Positions 1-9,935 of a DNA stretch of 64,000 nt are shown piece after piece. Numbering within the stretch: position 1 is the first letter of the stretch; each line of letters opens with the position of its first letter. Under the pieces are notes generated by a model. The model was not told the origin of the DNA and ran no database searches. It saw only the letters and a list, made by a program, of their open reading frames with translations. The stretch is from Sulfurimonadaceae bacterium (GTDB taxonomy: Bacteria; Campylobacterota; Campylobacteria; Campylobacterales; Sulfurimonadaceae), in contig JBFFUI010000001.1 of NCBI GenBank assembly GCA_041571435.1, positions 83,506-147,505 of the forward strand. The letters run 5' to 3'. The position numbers and the translations under genes are program-made.

Positions 1-1
1 A

Positions 2-166
2 GAAGCTGCGGCAGCCATATCCGAGGCCGAAACAACCGACACCGAAAATGTAGACAAAGGTGCAATCTCCGAAACAGCCGAAGCGGCAAATGCACTTGAA
101 GTCGGGCGGACAACCTTGAAGATCGATGACCAAAGCAGCTCATTTTTACGGGTACGGCTCCAATGA
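2..166 (+). CDS. 3' end of upstream gene, probably a type II secretion/pseudopilin-cluster protein (partial)
   Basis: Open frame from window edge (EAAAAISE...LEVGRTTLKIDDQSSSFLRVRLQ*); its TGA overlaps the ATG of the next prepilin gene (ATGA). Confidence 0.55.
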   Translation, partial: EAAAAISEAETTDTENVDKGAISETAEAANALEVGRTTLKIDDQSSSFLRVRLQ

Positions 167-663
167 GACGCCACGCATTTACCCTCATAGAGATGATGAT
201 CGCCATCACCCTCTTCTCCGTCATCATGATATTTCTCTATCAATCTATGGCCAGACTCGACAGATCCAACCAGTTTTACAGTGAAAAACTACATGGCATT
301 GTAACAGAGCAATCCCTGTTTAAAACACTCTACCTTGATCTATCTCTCTCATTGCCCAACAGTGGTGTCATCGACAATATCAACCGAGATGAAGATATGA
401 TCTTTATGCAGACATCCCATGTAGTTCACACCCATGTCATGCCTTATGTTGTCTATTTTGTGAAAGAGAAGCACCTCTACCGTGTCGAATCAGCCGCGAA
501 ACTGAGCTACCCTTTCGAGAGCAATATCAATGCCCTGATCGATGATTTCGGCCCGATAAAAAAGTTCCGTATTTACAAAAACAGTACACACTTCCTTCTC
601 CATATCAATATCGATGGCAAAGAAGACACCCTGCTAAAGATCAGACATCTAGGCGCTGTCTAA
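163..663 (+). CDS. Prepilin-type N-terminal cleavage/methylation protein (GspJ/PulJ-like pseudopilin)
   Basis: N-terminal AFTLIEMMIAITLFSVI class III signal motif. Confidence 0.8.
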   Translation: MRRHAFTLIEMMIAITLFSVIMIFLYQSMARLDRSNQFYSEKLHGIVTEQSLFKTLYLDLSLSLPNSGVIDNINRDEDMIFMQTSHVVHTHVMPYVVYFVKEKHLYRVESAAKLSYPFESNINALIDDFGPIKKFRIYKNSTHFLLHINIDGKEDTLLKIRHLGAV

Positions 664-771
664 AAAGTCTGGTTATACAGAAATATCTATGCGCAATATG
701 ATGCGTAATAGTCTTTCAGAGCATTATAATAAAGTTAGTTTTGGAAAAGTGTTGGAAGAAAGATGTATGAA

Positions 772-791
772 TCAAGGCCAAAGGCCTTGAA
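772..791 (-). terminator. Intrinsic terminator-like hairpin after rplT
   Basis: TCAAGGCC-AAAA-GGCCTTGA perfect stem just past the rplT stop. Confidence 0.7.
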
Positions 792-798
792 TTTAAAA

Positions 799-1152
799 TT
801 AGAGTGCAGCTTTTGCCTGTGCTACTACAGCAGAGAATGCAGCTGCATCGTTCATTGCCATGTCAGCAAGGATCTTACGATCTAGTTCGATGTTCGCTTT
901 TTTAAGTCCGTTGATGAAACGAGAATAGTTGATGTCATTTAGACGACATGCAGCATTGATACGGATGATCCATAGTTTACGGAACTCACGCTTTTTCTGT
1001 TTACGGTCACGGAATGCATAATACATACTGTGTTCTAGTTGTTCTTTCGCTTTACGGAAGTGCTTGTGACGACCCTGGAAGAAACCTCTAGCTAGTTTTA
1101 ATACTTTTTTATGACGACGACGTCTTACGACACCTGTTTTTACTCTTGGCAT
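799..1152 (-). CDS. rplT: 50S ribosomal protein L20
   Basis: [16 protein letters not shown]...[11 protein letters not shown] canonical L20. Confidence 0.99.
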   Translation of the reverse strand: MPRVKTGVVRRRRHKKVLKLARGFFQGRHKHFRKAKEQLEHSMYYAFRDRKQKKREFRKLWIIRINAACRLNDINYSRFINGLKKANIELDRKILADMAMNDAAAFSAVVAQAKAAL

Positions 1153-1164
1153 ATTTTGTCCTTT

Positions 1165-1236
1165 TCTTTACTCTATGACCTTTTTCGATCTATAGGTGCC
1201 ACATAGTTGGTGGACTTGCCCAGTTTGAACTGGAGA
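1165..1236 (-). ncRNA. Candidate structured ribosomal-protein leader between rpmI and rplT
   Basis: Three consecutive hairpins on the mRNA strand immediately before the rplT SD (see findings). Confidence 0.45.
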
Positions 1237-1254
1237 ATATTGTGAAATGAAAGC

Positions 1255-1446
1255 TTACGCGATCATCGCTTTGATGTTTTTAGCATCAACGGCTGCAACT
1301 GTTTTAGGCGTGTTTTGTTGACGACGCGTTGCTGCATCTTGCTTAGTCAAGATATGGCTACGAAACGCTGTTCCACGTTTGATAGAGCCATTTTTTTTCA
1401 CTTTAAAACGCTTTACAGCGCCTTTAACTGATTTCATCTTAGGCAT
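1255..1446 (-). CDS. rpmI: 50S ribosomal protein L35
   Basis: [15 protein letters not shown]...HILTK canonical L35. Confidence 0.99.
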   Translation of the reverse strand: MPKMKSVKGAVKRFKVKKNGSIKRGTAFRSHILTKQDAATRRQQNTPKTVAAVDAKNIKAMIA

Positions 1447-1640
1447 AGTGACTCCTCTCTAATTTTACTATTTTACGTCATTGCGCAAAATAAGTTCGTG
1501 ATTATAGCGAAATATCTATTAAAATTCACATGCACATGCTAAAGAGTGCGTAGATTATCCAGAGCCGCTCCCATGCCGATACAGTAAAATTGCCTATATT
1601 TTCACACTATCTGGACACTTTATTTCGCTATACTTTTTAG

Positions 1641-2003
1641 ATGTCAGAAACAGATTTAGCATTTATGATCTTACAAGCAGAAGAAGAGTTTTGCTATTTA
1701 GAAGCGCAATGTCTTAAAACAAAGAGAGATGAGTACGATTACAAGCTGCACGCACTCGCACTTATCACACTCTACAACTTTGCGCTCAATCTCAAACTTT
1801 CCGGTGGAGAACTGATGCGGCTGCTATATGAACTTGATCACAAGAGCCGTCTCTACCAACACCTCATCGCCCCCTATCTGCTGCTGCTGGATGACATGGA
1901 GCTGGTATGCAAACAGTACGGCCATAAATATTTAAGGTTTCTATCTGAAAAATCACAGCTAAAGAGCGACGAAGAGATCATGGAGATATTGTTCACAAAT
2001 TAA
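1641..2003 (+). CDS. Hypothetical helical protein
   Basis: 120-aa ORF in an otherwise empty gap; TATACT 6 nt before the ATG and no SD (leaderless-like). Confidence 0.65.
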   Translation: MSETDLAFMILQAEEEFCYLEAQCLKTKRDEYDYKLHALALITLYNFALNLKLSGGELMRLLYELDHKSRLYQHLIAPYLLLLDDMELVCKQYGHKYLRFLSEKSQLKSDEEIMEILFTN

Positions 2004-2186
2004 GTGTTAAGTGGGGATTGCACTGAAGTGATTCCGATGGATAGTTCCTGTTAAAAAACGAAGCTGGAGCTTTGTTTGAACGAGTATAGCAACATAAATA
2101 AAAGCCGTCAGAGTCTACATTACGTCGAGAGGGTAAGGCAAGCACGAGCTTCGCCGATACCTGCGGGGAAGACCCCGGTGAAAACT

Positions 2187-2720
2187 TTACTTTTTCTTTT
2201 CGTCTTTTTTCGGGATTACCAGCATATTGTAGTAACGCCCTTCAAAACGTGGCGGCTTGTCCATTACACCGATATCTTCGACCATTGGCCAGACACGTAG
2301 AAGAACTTCTTTACCTGCTTCCGGGTGTGCCATCTCGCGACCGCGTAGGAAAACACGGAACTTGACCAATTTTCCTGCTTCCAAAAACTCGCGGGCATGC
2401 TTGACTTTGTAGTTGATATCGTTATCGGCAATCTTGACAGAGAGCTTGATCTCTTTGATCTCGATCTTGACCTGATTTTTACGCTGCTCTTTTTTCTTCT
2501 TCTCTTCTTGGTACTTGAACTTACCGTAATCCATAATTTTTGCGACTGGCGGCTTTGCGTCCGGAGCGATCAGAACCAGGTCTAGGCCCATTTCGTCAGC
2601 TTTTTCCATTGCTTCACTTGTCGGGATAATCCCCAGTGACTCACCGCCATCGACGTTACAACGAACCTCCGCTACGCGGATGTCTTCGTTCATTATGGTG
2701 TTGTCTTTTTTTCGGTTCAA
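2187..2720 (-). CDS. infC: Translation initiation factor IF-3
   Basis: NEDIRV..., [20 protein letters not shown] motifs; TTG start overlaps the thrS stop. Confidence 0.98.
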   Translation of the reverse strand: MNRKKDNTIMNEDIRVAEVRCNVDGGESLGIIPTSEAMEKADEMGLDLVLIAPDAKPPVAKIMDYGKFKYQEEKKKKEQRKNQVKIEIKEIKLSVKIADNDINYKVKHAREFLEAGKLVKFRVFLRGREMAHPEAGKEVLLRVWPMVEDIGVMDKPPRFEGRYYNMLVIPKKDEKKK

Positions 2721-4525
2721 AAATTTACCTCATTGATTTTTTGTTGAATCATCGTCAAGAACTCTGCTTCACTAAGATTATATTGTTCACGACTGCGTCT
2801 ATCGCGTATTGCAATCGTCTTGTTCTCAACCTCATCGTCACCCAGGACAATGATCATCGGAACACGCCCTTTTTCGGCAGTTCTGATACGTTTGTTCAGG
2901 CTCTCGTTTTTCGAGAAGATCTCGCTGTCAGCACCTAGATCGATCAGTTTGTCTGCCAATTCCTTGGCATATGCATTGTGTGGTTCAGCGATCGGGACGA
3001 TGGCGACTTGCGTCGGCGCAACGAACATCGGGAACTCACCAGCATAATGTTCTGTCAATATACCAATAAATCGTTCAAAAGAACCTAAAATGGCTCGGTG
3101 AATCATAACCGGCTGTATTTTATTGTTCTCATCGCCGCTGTACTCAAGCTCGAAACGCTCCGGCAGGTTGAAGTCCAATTGGATCGTTCCACACTGCCAT
3201 TCACGGCCGATTGCATCGGTGATCTTGATATCGATCTTCGGCCCGTAGAAGGCACCGCCGCCCTCATCGATCTCATAAACGAGATTGTTTTTATCCATCG
3301 CTGTTTTCAGCGCATTGGTCGAAATCTCCCATACTTCATCATCACCCACCGCTTTTTCAGGCTTCGTTGAGATCATCATCTTATAGTCAAAGTTGAACGT
3401 TGTCATGATACGGTCGACAAAATCGACGACTTCAATGATCTGCTCTTCGATCTGATCTGCGGTACAGAAGATGTGGGCATCATCCTGCGTGAACTCACGA
3501 ACACGGAAAAGGCCGTGTAGTGCCCCTGTCATCTCATGACGGTGGACAACACCGTACTCAAAGTATTTGAGCGGCAGGTCACGGTAAGAGTGCGGCTCAT
3601 CTTCGTACGCTTTGATATGTCCGACGCAGTTCATCGGCTTAACACCAAACTCCGCATCATCGATCTGCGTAAAGTACATGTTCTCGCCGTAGTTCTGGTA
3701 GTGCCCCGATGTCATCCAAAGGTCAGAACGCAGCATCTCCGGACCGCGTACCGGCTCGTAACCGCGTTTTCGGTGTGCTTTAAAGAGCAGTGACTCCAAA
3801 CGGGCACGAAGGCGTCCGCCCGCCGGAAGCCAGATCGGGAAACCGGCACCGACCTCTTCACGAAAAGTGAACAGTTTCATCTGGGCACCGATCTTACGGT
3901 GGTCGCGTTTTTCGGCTTCTGCCAGCATCGTCATATGATTTGACAGGGACTCTTTATCGGCAAAGGCAATCCCGTAGATGCGTGTCAACATCTCGTTTTT
4001 CGAGTCACCGCCCAGATAGGCCCCTGCGATCTTCAGCAGTTTAAAGTAGCGGATCTGACCGATGTTCGGTAGGTGCGGGCCGCGGCAGAGATCTTCAAAC
4101 TCACCCTGCTTGTAGATGGAGACCGTATCGCCGGGGATGCGCTTCATCACCTCAAGCTTGAGATGGTCATCGGCAAACTTCGCTTTGGCCTCATCCATGC
4201 TGATCTCATAACGCTCGATCGGGAACTTCTTCTTTGCAAAACCCAACATCGCTTTTTCAATCTTTTTGAGATCACCTTCGCCGACCTCTTCCTTGGTCTT
4301 GAAGTCATAATAGAACCCTTCTTTGACGACCGGTCCGACGTAGAACTCTGCGTCAGGATACAGCGACTTGATGGCCTGTGCCATCAGGTGGGCCGTTGAG
4401 TGTCGAAGCACTTCAAGTGCTTCCGGAGAGTTGTCAAGCTCGATCTCTTCTCCGGTAATACCGTTTGCTTCAGCTGTCAGAAGGTCAACAACCTCATCAT
4501 TGTGTTTAATCGCAATTGCGCTCAT
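2717..4525 (-). CDS. thrS: Threonine--tRNA ligase
   Basis: [46 protein letters not shown] at 4525 follows a GAGGA SD. Confidence 0.99.
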   Translation of the reverse strand: MSAIAIKHNDEVVDLLTAEANGITGEEIELDNSPEALEVLRHSTAHLMAQAIKSLYPDAEFYVGPVVKEGFYYDFKTKEEVGEGDLKKIEKAMLGFAKKKFPIERYEISMDEAKAKFADDHLKLEVMKRIPGDTVSIYKQGEFEDLCRGPHLPNIGQIRYFKLLKIAGAYLGGDSKNEMLTRIYGIAFADKESLSNHMTMLAEAEKRDHRKIGAQMKLFTFREEVGAGFPIWLPAGGRLRARLESLLFKAHRKRGYEPVRGPEMLRSDLWMTSGHYQNYGENMYFTQIDDAEFGVKPMNCVGHIKAYEDEPHSYRDLPLKYFEYGVVHRHEMTGALHGLFRVREFTQDDAHIFCTADQIEEQIIEVVDFVDRIMTTFNFDYKMMISTKPEKAVGDDEVWEISTNALKTAMDKNNLVYEIDEGGGAFYGPKIDIKITDAIGREWQCGTIQLDFNLPERFELEYSGDENNKIQPVMIHRAILGSFERFIGILTEHYAGEFPMFVAPTQVAIVPIAEPHNAYAKELADKLIDLGADSEIFSKNESLNKRIRTAEKGRVPMIIVLGDDEVENKTIAIRDRRSREQYNLSEAEFLTMIQQKINEVNF

Positions 4526-4538
4526 ACATACATCCTCT

Positions 4539-4579
4539 TTCAAAGTGCCCACCACGACAATAGGCAGAACACATTTGAA
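4539..4579 (-). promoter_or_regulatory. Candidate tRNA-Thr-mimic translational operator hairpin upstream of thrS
   Basis: TTCAAA...TGCCTA-TTGTCGTGG-TGGGCA...TTTGAA hairpin abutting the SD; loop carries NGU triplets. Confidence 0.4.
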
Positions 4580-4812
4580 GATATTAAATTTGCGTGATTT
4601 TAACTAAAAGTCCCCTTGTTTAGAGTAAAAGAAGATCGATGGGGGCTTTTTCACCAGTATAGTCTCAGTTTGGCTCTCTTCGCAATAACATTTTTCGATT
4701 ATATAAGTTATCTGTCCGATAAAACTGTTTTTAATTCTTATACGTTAGAATAATCTTATATCAATGTATAAGAACTATATTTACGTTTTTATCATCTAAA
4801 AGGGTCCCCGTT

Positions 4813-6258
4813 ATGAATACAAATGATCTCAAAGAGCTGCTCAAAAAGAGCAGCAGTTCTGAAATGCTTTCACGCCGTGACGCCCTTAAACTTATGGGTA
4901 TCTCTCCGATTGCAGCCGGGGTACTAGCGTCAACATCGTCAAGTTCGATCGCTTCGGCCGAGACAGTGGATGCCAAAGGCAAGATCGTTATTGTCGGTGG
5001 CGGTGCCGGCGGCATCATGGCACTCGCGCGTCTTCGCTCTAGCCTCGAGAACCCGGACATCACTATCATCGCACCCAATGCGATGCATATCTATCAGCCC
5101 GGACAGGTCTTCCAGGCGGCCGGGCTCTATCTACATGACGATTTGATCAAACCAAACAGTGATTTCATTCCTGATGATGTCAAATGGATCAAGGATGAAG
5201 TGGCCACTTTCGATCCGGATAACAACACATTGTTGACGCGAAGCGGCGAAAAAGTCACCTATGATTACCTGGTCGTTGCAGCGGGCATTGATTACCATTA
5301 TGAGTGGATCAAAGGCTTAAAAGAGGAAGATATCGGTACAAATGGCATCTCCAGCGTTTATCTTAACAACATGGAAAAGGGAACAACTGACGGCGGTTCC
5401 ATTACGTGGGACTGGTTCAATGCGCTCAAGCTGGCTTCTGCCACAGGCCAGAAACCGCATGTCATCTACACCCAGCCCGACACCCCTATCAAATGCGGCG
5501 GTGCACCGCAAAAGTTGCTCTACCTCTCTGCGGATCATCTGAAAAAAGAGGGGCTCTCTGCCGATTATACCTTTGCGACGGCCGTTAGCAGTCTCTTTGG
5601 CCAGAAACCGATTGCCGATTCGCTGGCCGAAGTTCAAAAGCGCTACGACACCATCACCAACAAGTTCAAACACAACCTTATCGCCATCGATATTCATAAG
5701 AAGATCGCCACTTTTGAACATCGTTATGAGATCAAAGGCGAGTACGACGAAGATCTTGAAGCGTACGATACGATTGAAAAACGTGAACTGGTCGAGATGG
5801 AGTATGACTTTATTCACATCGTCCCGCCGATGAGTGCAGCCCAGTCGGTTGTCGATTCGCCGCTCGGCTGGCAGAAAGGAACGGCAAAAGGGTGGCTCGA
5901 AGTCGACAAAGAGACCCTTCAGCACCGCCGATACAAAAATGTCTTCGGTATCGGTGACGTCTGCGGCATTCCTATGGGTAAAACAGGCGGAAGCGCCCGT
6001 CACCACGCCCCTGTTGTGGTAGAAAACCTCATTTCAGTCATGCAGGGAAAAGCGGTCAAAGCAAAATTTGACGGCTACACCGTCTGCCCGCTGAAGGTGA
6101 GCTACGGTGAGATCATCATGGCCGAGTTCAACTATGACGGACTGGCTCCAAGTTTCTCATTTTTGGCGCCGGAAAAACCACGATGGATCTGGTGGGCCTT
6201 TGACCTCTATATGCTTAAACCGATGTATTGGTATTTGATGATGCGTGGATTGATGTAA
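4813..6258 (+). CDS. Tat-exported sulfide:quinone oxidoreductase-family flavoprotein (SqrB/type II-like)
   Basis: SRRDALK twin-arginine signal; GGGAGG FAD motif; KCGGAPQK and GYTVCP cysteine motifs; MYWYLM C-terminus. Confidence 0.8.
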   Translation: MNTNDLKELLKKSSSSEMLSRRDALKLMGISPIAAGVLASTSSSSIASAETVDAKGKIVIVGGGAGGIMALARLRSSLENPDITIIAPNAMHIYQPGQVFQAAGLYLHDDLIKPNSDFIPDDVKWIKDEVATFDPDNNTLLTRSGEKVTYDYLVVAAGIDYHYEWIKGLKEEDIGTNGISSVYLNNMEKGTTDGGSITWDWFNALKLASATGQKPHVIYTQPDTPIKCGGAPQKLLYLSADHLKKEGLSADYTFATAVSSLFGQKPIADSLAEVQKRYDTITNKFKHNLIAIDIHKKIATFEHRYEIKGEYDEDLEAYDTIEKRELVEMEYDFIHIVPPMSAAQSVVDSPLGWQKGTAKGWLEVDKETLQHRRYKNVFGIGDVCGIPMGKTGGSARHHAPVVVENLISVMQGKAVKAKFDGYTVCPLKVSYGEIIMAEFNYDGLAPSFSFLAPEKPRWIWWAFDLYMLKPMYWYLMMRGLM

Positions 6259-6282
6259 AAGAGAGCGAAAGCTCATCTTACA
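6254..6282 (+). terminator. Hairpin terminator after the sqr-like gene
   Basis: TGTAAAAGAGAGC-GAAA-GCTCATCTTACA imperfect stem followed by GTGTTTTT. Confidence 0.55.
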
Positions 6283-6375
6283 GTGTTTTTGAGATGTATA
6301 AAATTTCAGATTTGATCTAGAAGAGCCGACAGCTCGCCGAGCGGTGGCTCCGGTGCAAGTCCGAAGCCGGTACTT

Positions 6376-7449
6376 TTAAGAGAGTCCGGCGGCTTCCATG
6401 CTCTTGACCTGAGCATCTGTGATGAGTGGATCAACCACCTCATCCAGCAGACCGCCCTGCATAATCTCATTAAGACGGTACAGTGTCAAATTGATACGGT
6501 GGTCAGAGATGCGGTTTTGCGGGTAGTTGTAGGTACGGATACGTCCACTGCGGTCGCCCGTTCCAACCTGCTCACTTCGCACTTCGCTGTCTTTTTTCTG
6601 TGCTTCCTGCAGCTCAAGATCGTAAAGACGCGCTTTGAGAACTTTCATCGCTTTGTCTTTATTTTTGTGCTGAGACTTCTGATCCTGGTTGGTTACGACC
6701 AGACCTGTCGGCAGGTGCGTGATCCGTACAGCGGAATCCGTCGTGTTGACAGACTGCCCGCCATTACCCGAAGCACGCATGACGTCGATCTTAAGATCAG
6801 TAGGATCGATCTGGATCTCGACATCATCGACCTCCGGCATCACGGCTACCGTGATCGCAGACGTGTGCACACGTCCCTGAGACTCTGTCGCCGGAACACG
6901 CTGAACACGGTGTGTCCCGCCCTCATATTTCAGACGGCTGTAGACCTGCTCACCTTTGATAAGCGCGATCAGCTCTTTATAGCCGCCGGCATCTGACGGG
7001 CTGGTGCTCATCAATTCGATCTTCCACCCTTTTATATCCGCATAGCGGGTATAGGCGTTGAAAAGATCGCCGACAAAGATCGCCGCTTCGTCCCCGCCCG
7101 TACCGGCACGAAGTTCCACGATGATATTGCGCTCATCATTAGGGTCTTTAGGGATAAGGAGTTTTTTGATCTCATCTTCAATAACCGGGACCTGCGGTTC
7201 AAGCTCACGGAGCTCTTCTTTGGCCAGTTCGCCAAGTTCGGCATCGGAAAGCATTGATTTGTTGTCTTCGATATCGGAAAGGAGTGCTTTGTACTCTTTT
7301 GTCTTCTCGACAATGGCAAGCATGCCCGACTGTTCTTTTGAAAGCTCAGTCATACGCTTGATATCGGATGCTACGTCCGGTGAGCTGAGAAGCTCTGTCA
7401 GTTCATCGTAGCGTTCGAGAAAAGGGGTTAGTTTATCGGCTAACTTCAA
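6376..7449 (-). CDS. prfA: Peptide chain release factor 1
   Basis: GGQ motif, PAT specificity tripeptide, RTYNYPQNR. Confidence 0.98.
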   Translation of the reverse strand: MKLADKLTPFLERYDELTELLSSPDVASDIKRMTELSKEQSGMLAIVEKTKEYKALLSDIEDNKSMLSDAELGELAKEELRELEPQVPVIEDEIKKLLIPKDPNDERNIIVELRAGTGGDEAAIFVGDLFNAYTRYADIKGWKIELMSTSPSDAGGYKELIALIKGEQVYSRLKYEGGTHRVQRVPATESQGRVHTSAITVAVMPEVDDVEIQIDPTDLKIDVMRASGNGGQSVNTTDSAVRITHLPTGLVVTNQDQKSQHKNKDKAMKVLKARLYDLELQEAQKKDSEVRSEQVGTGDRSGRIRTYNYPQNRISDHRINLTLYRLNEIMQGGLLDEVVDPLITDAQVKSMEAAGLS

Positions 7450-7464
7450 GGGTGTTACTTACCC

Positions 7465-7725
7465 TTAGATAGCGTTAACAGCTTGCTGAAGGCGGCTTAC
7501 TTTACGAGCAGCAGTCTCTTTTTTCAAGATACCTTTGCTTACAAATTTATGGATCTGCTGGTTAGCGATCTTAAATGCTGCAGTTGCCTCTTCTTTGTTG
7601 CCTGCTTCGATTGCAGCGCGAACTGCTTTAACAATGTTTTTTAAACGTGTGCGATAGAATCTGTTACGCTCAGTACGTTTTTCAGTCTGGCGGATTCTTT
7701 TCAATGCTGACTTATGGTTTGCCAT
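7465..7725 (-). CDS. rpsT: 30S ribosomal protein S20
   Basis: [13 protein letters not shown]...AARKVSRL; true start is internal to the long track ORF, after an AAGGA SD. Confidence 0.98.
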   Translation of the reverse strand: MANHKSALKRIRQTEKRTERNRFYRTRLKNIVKAVRAAIEAGNKEEATAAFKIANQQIHKFVSKGILKKETAARKVSRLQQAVNAI

Positions 7726-7825
7726 GTGCATTATCCTTATCATATAAAATTTGAGATAGAATGCTACCTTAAATATAATTAAAATCAAGTTAAGCAATAT
7801 AGAGAATTTTAAACGGAGTGTATAA

Positions 7826-9166
7826 ATGAAATTATTTGGAACAGATGGCGTCCGTGGTGAAGCCGGAACTTTTCTGACAGCCTCACTTGCGATGAAGGTT
7901 GCCATGGCTGCGGGGATATACTTCAAAGATGGTGCCAAGACCAACCGTATCCTGATCGGAAAAGACACCCGACGAAGCGGATACATGATCGAAAACGCCA
8001 TTGTCAGCGGTTTGACGGCGGTCGGTTTCGATGTGATCGAGATCGGTCCGATGCCGACACCTGCAATCGCGTTTTTAACGGAAAACATGCGTTGTGATGC
8101 CGGAATCATGATCTCTGCAAGCCACAACTCTTTCGAAGACAACGGCATTAAGTTCTTTGACGGGCACGGCAACAAGTTTTCCGAAGATGTCGAAGCAGAG
8201 ATTGAAAAGATCGCACATGATGAGGCGAAGCTTAATGCGGCTGCGGTCACGGGCAAAAATGTAGGCAAGGCGAAACGTATCGACGATGTCATCGGACGCT
8301 ATATCGTTCAGCTCAAGAACTCTTTCAGCAAAGAGTGTTCGCTTCAAGGAATGCGAATCGTTCTGGACACGGCCAACGGGGCAGGCTATAAAGTCGGTCC
8401 TACCGTCTTGGAAGAGCTGGGTGCCGAAGTGATCGTCCTTCACGATAAGCCAGACGGCTTCAATATCAACGAGGATTGCGGGGCGCTGCATCCCAAGGAT
8501 GTTCAAAAAGCGGTCGTCGAGTACCGTGCAGACATCGGCTTTGCACTTGATGGCGATGCCGACCGCATTGTTGTCGTCGACGAAAAAGGCGAGGTGGTCG
8601 ACGGTGACCAGCTGCTGGGTGCTTTGGGGTTATACCTGAAAGAGAGCGGACAGCTCAAAGGCAACGGCATCGTCGCCACGGTTATGAGCAACCAGGGGCT
8701 CGAAGACTTTATGCAAGAGAACGGGATGAAACTTTACCGTGCCAATGTCGGTGATAAATATGTTTTAGAGATCATGAATGCCCAGGGCATTAACTTCGGC
8801 GGTGAGCAGAGCGGGCATGTCATCATGCACGATTATGCCAAGACAGGAGACGGTCTTGTCTCGGCACTTCAGACACTGGCACTCGTTCTGAACAGCAAGA
8901 AAAAAGCGTCGGAAGTGTTGCGCCCGTTCAGTCTCTACCCGCAAAAGCTGGTCAACCTCAACGTCAATGAGAAAAAACCGCTTGATAGTATTGCCGGTCT
9001 GGATGAAAAATTTGCGGCCATCGACAAAGCCAACATCCGCCACCTCGTGCGTTATTCTGGAACGGAGAACAAGCTGCGTGTCCTGCTTGAAGGTAAAGAT
9101 GCCGATGAAATGGAAAAAGCGATGGAGACACTGGTAAACTTTTTCAAGAAAGCGCTCAATGGCTAA
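7826..9166 (+). CDS. glmM: Phosphoglucosamine mutase
   Basis: [34 protein letters not shown]. Confidence 0.97.
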   Translation: MKLFGTDGVRGEAGTFLTASLAMKVAMAAGIYFKDGAKTNRILIGKDTRRSGYMIENAIVSGLTAVGFDVIEIGPMPTPAIAFLTENMRCDAGIMISASHNSFEDNGIKFFDGHGNKFSEDVEAEIEKIAHDEAKLNAAAVTGKNVGKAKRIDDVIGRYIVQLKNSFSKECSLQGMRIVLDTANGAGYKVGPTVLEELGAEVIVLHDKPDGFNINEDCGALHPKDVQKAVVEYRADIGFALDGDADRIVVVDEKGEVVDGDQLLGALGLYLKESGQLKGNGIVATVMSNQGLEDFMQENGMKLYRANVGDKYVLEIMNAQGINFGGEQSGHVIMHDYAKTGDGLVSALQTLALVLNSKKKASEVLRPFSLYPQKLVNLNVNEKKPLDSIAGLDEKFAAIDKANIRHLVRYSGTENKLRVLLEGKDADEMEKAMETLVNFFKKALNG

Positions 9167-9662
9167 GTCACTTCTTGTCATTATCCTCTCACTGATCGGT
9201 ATCTTTATTGTCGATCAGGGGATCAAAGAGTTTTTTATGCTCAAAGCTATGGAGATCTACTCTCTCCCTCAAGACGCGCTCTATGGCAAGGCCTTTGATA
9301 TCTATGAGACAAGCTGTATCAACATGCGTCTTGTCTTCAACTACGGGGTCGCCTTCTCAATGCTCTCCTTTTTGGATGAGTACCTCAAGTGGCTTCAGCT
9401 TATCTTGATCATCGGTGTTTTAGCCTATGTCATCAATCTGAAAAAGTTCTGTTATATGTTGCCTTCCGGAATCCTGATCGGTGCGGGACTTTCCAATGTC
9501 TATGACCGTTTTGTCCATGGCGGTGTGGTCGACTACATCTTCTGGCACTGCGGATTTGACTTTGCGATCTTCAATTTTGCCGATGTCATGATCGATCTTG
9601 CCGTCGCATGGCTGCTCTTTTTAAACTTCAAACCGAAGTTTTGCCAGGAAAAACAGGGATAA
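9159..9662 (+). CDS. lspA: Lipoprotein signal peptidase II
   Basis: NYGVAFS, SNVYDR, VVDY, FNFAD motifs. Confidence 0.95.
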   Translation: MAKSLLVIILSLIGIFIVDQGIKEFFMLKAMEIYSLPQDALYGKAFDIYETSCINMRLVFNYGVAFSMLSFLDEYLKWLQLILIIGVLAYVINLKKFCYMLPSGILIGAGLSNVYDRFVHGGVVDYIFWHCGFDFAIFNFADVMIDLAVAWLLFLNFKPKFCQEKQG

Positions 9663-9742
9663 TTCAACCAAGATAGGAATTTTTTCGGGTTTATAAAATC
9701 AATTTAAGTAATCCTGGTGTAAAATTCCCGTCTCTTTTCAAT

Positions 9743-9818
9743 GGTCCGTTAGCTCAGTTGGTAGAGCGCTACCTCGACAAGGTAGATGTCACAAGTTCAA
9801 GTCTTGTACGGACCACCA
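9743..9818 (+). tRNA. tRNA-Val(GAC)
   Basis: Cloverleaf GGTCCGT...ACGGACC-ACCA; anticodon arm CTACC-TCGACAA-GGTAG; TTCAAGT T-loop. Confidence 0.93.
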
Positions 9819-9935
9819 TCTTCAAAACCCCAAAACAGTAATATTTCAACACTTTTTTCAAACATACAACGCAGTACATCCCTTTGACATTTACATTACT
9901 ATTTCAAGCCAACCGTTTTTAAAAGAGCGGAACCC

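Noticed and set aside
2004-2186. GC-rich mini-hairpins here and at 6320-6375 and 36818-36885 as a possible REP/MITE family
   Set aside because: I could not align them into a shared consensus; more simply terminator-region hairpins.
7726-8292. N-terminal extension of the 275-aa track ORF containing rpsT
   Set aside because: Antisense shadow of glmM; S20 begins at MANHKS (7725) after a good SD.
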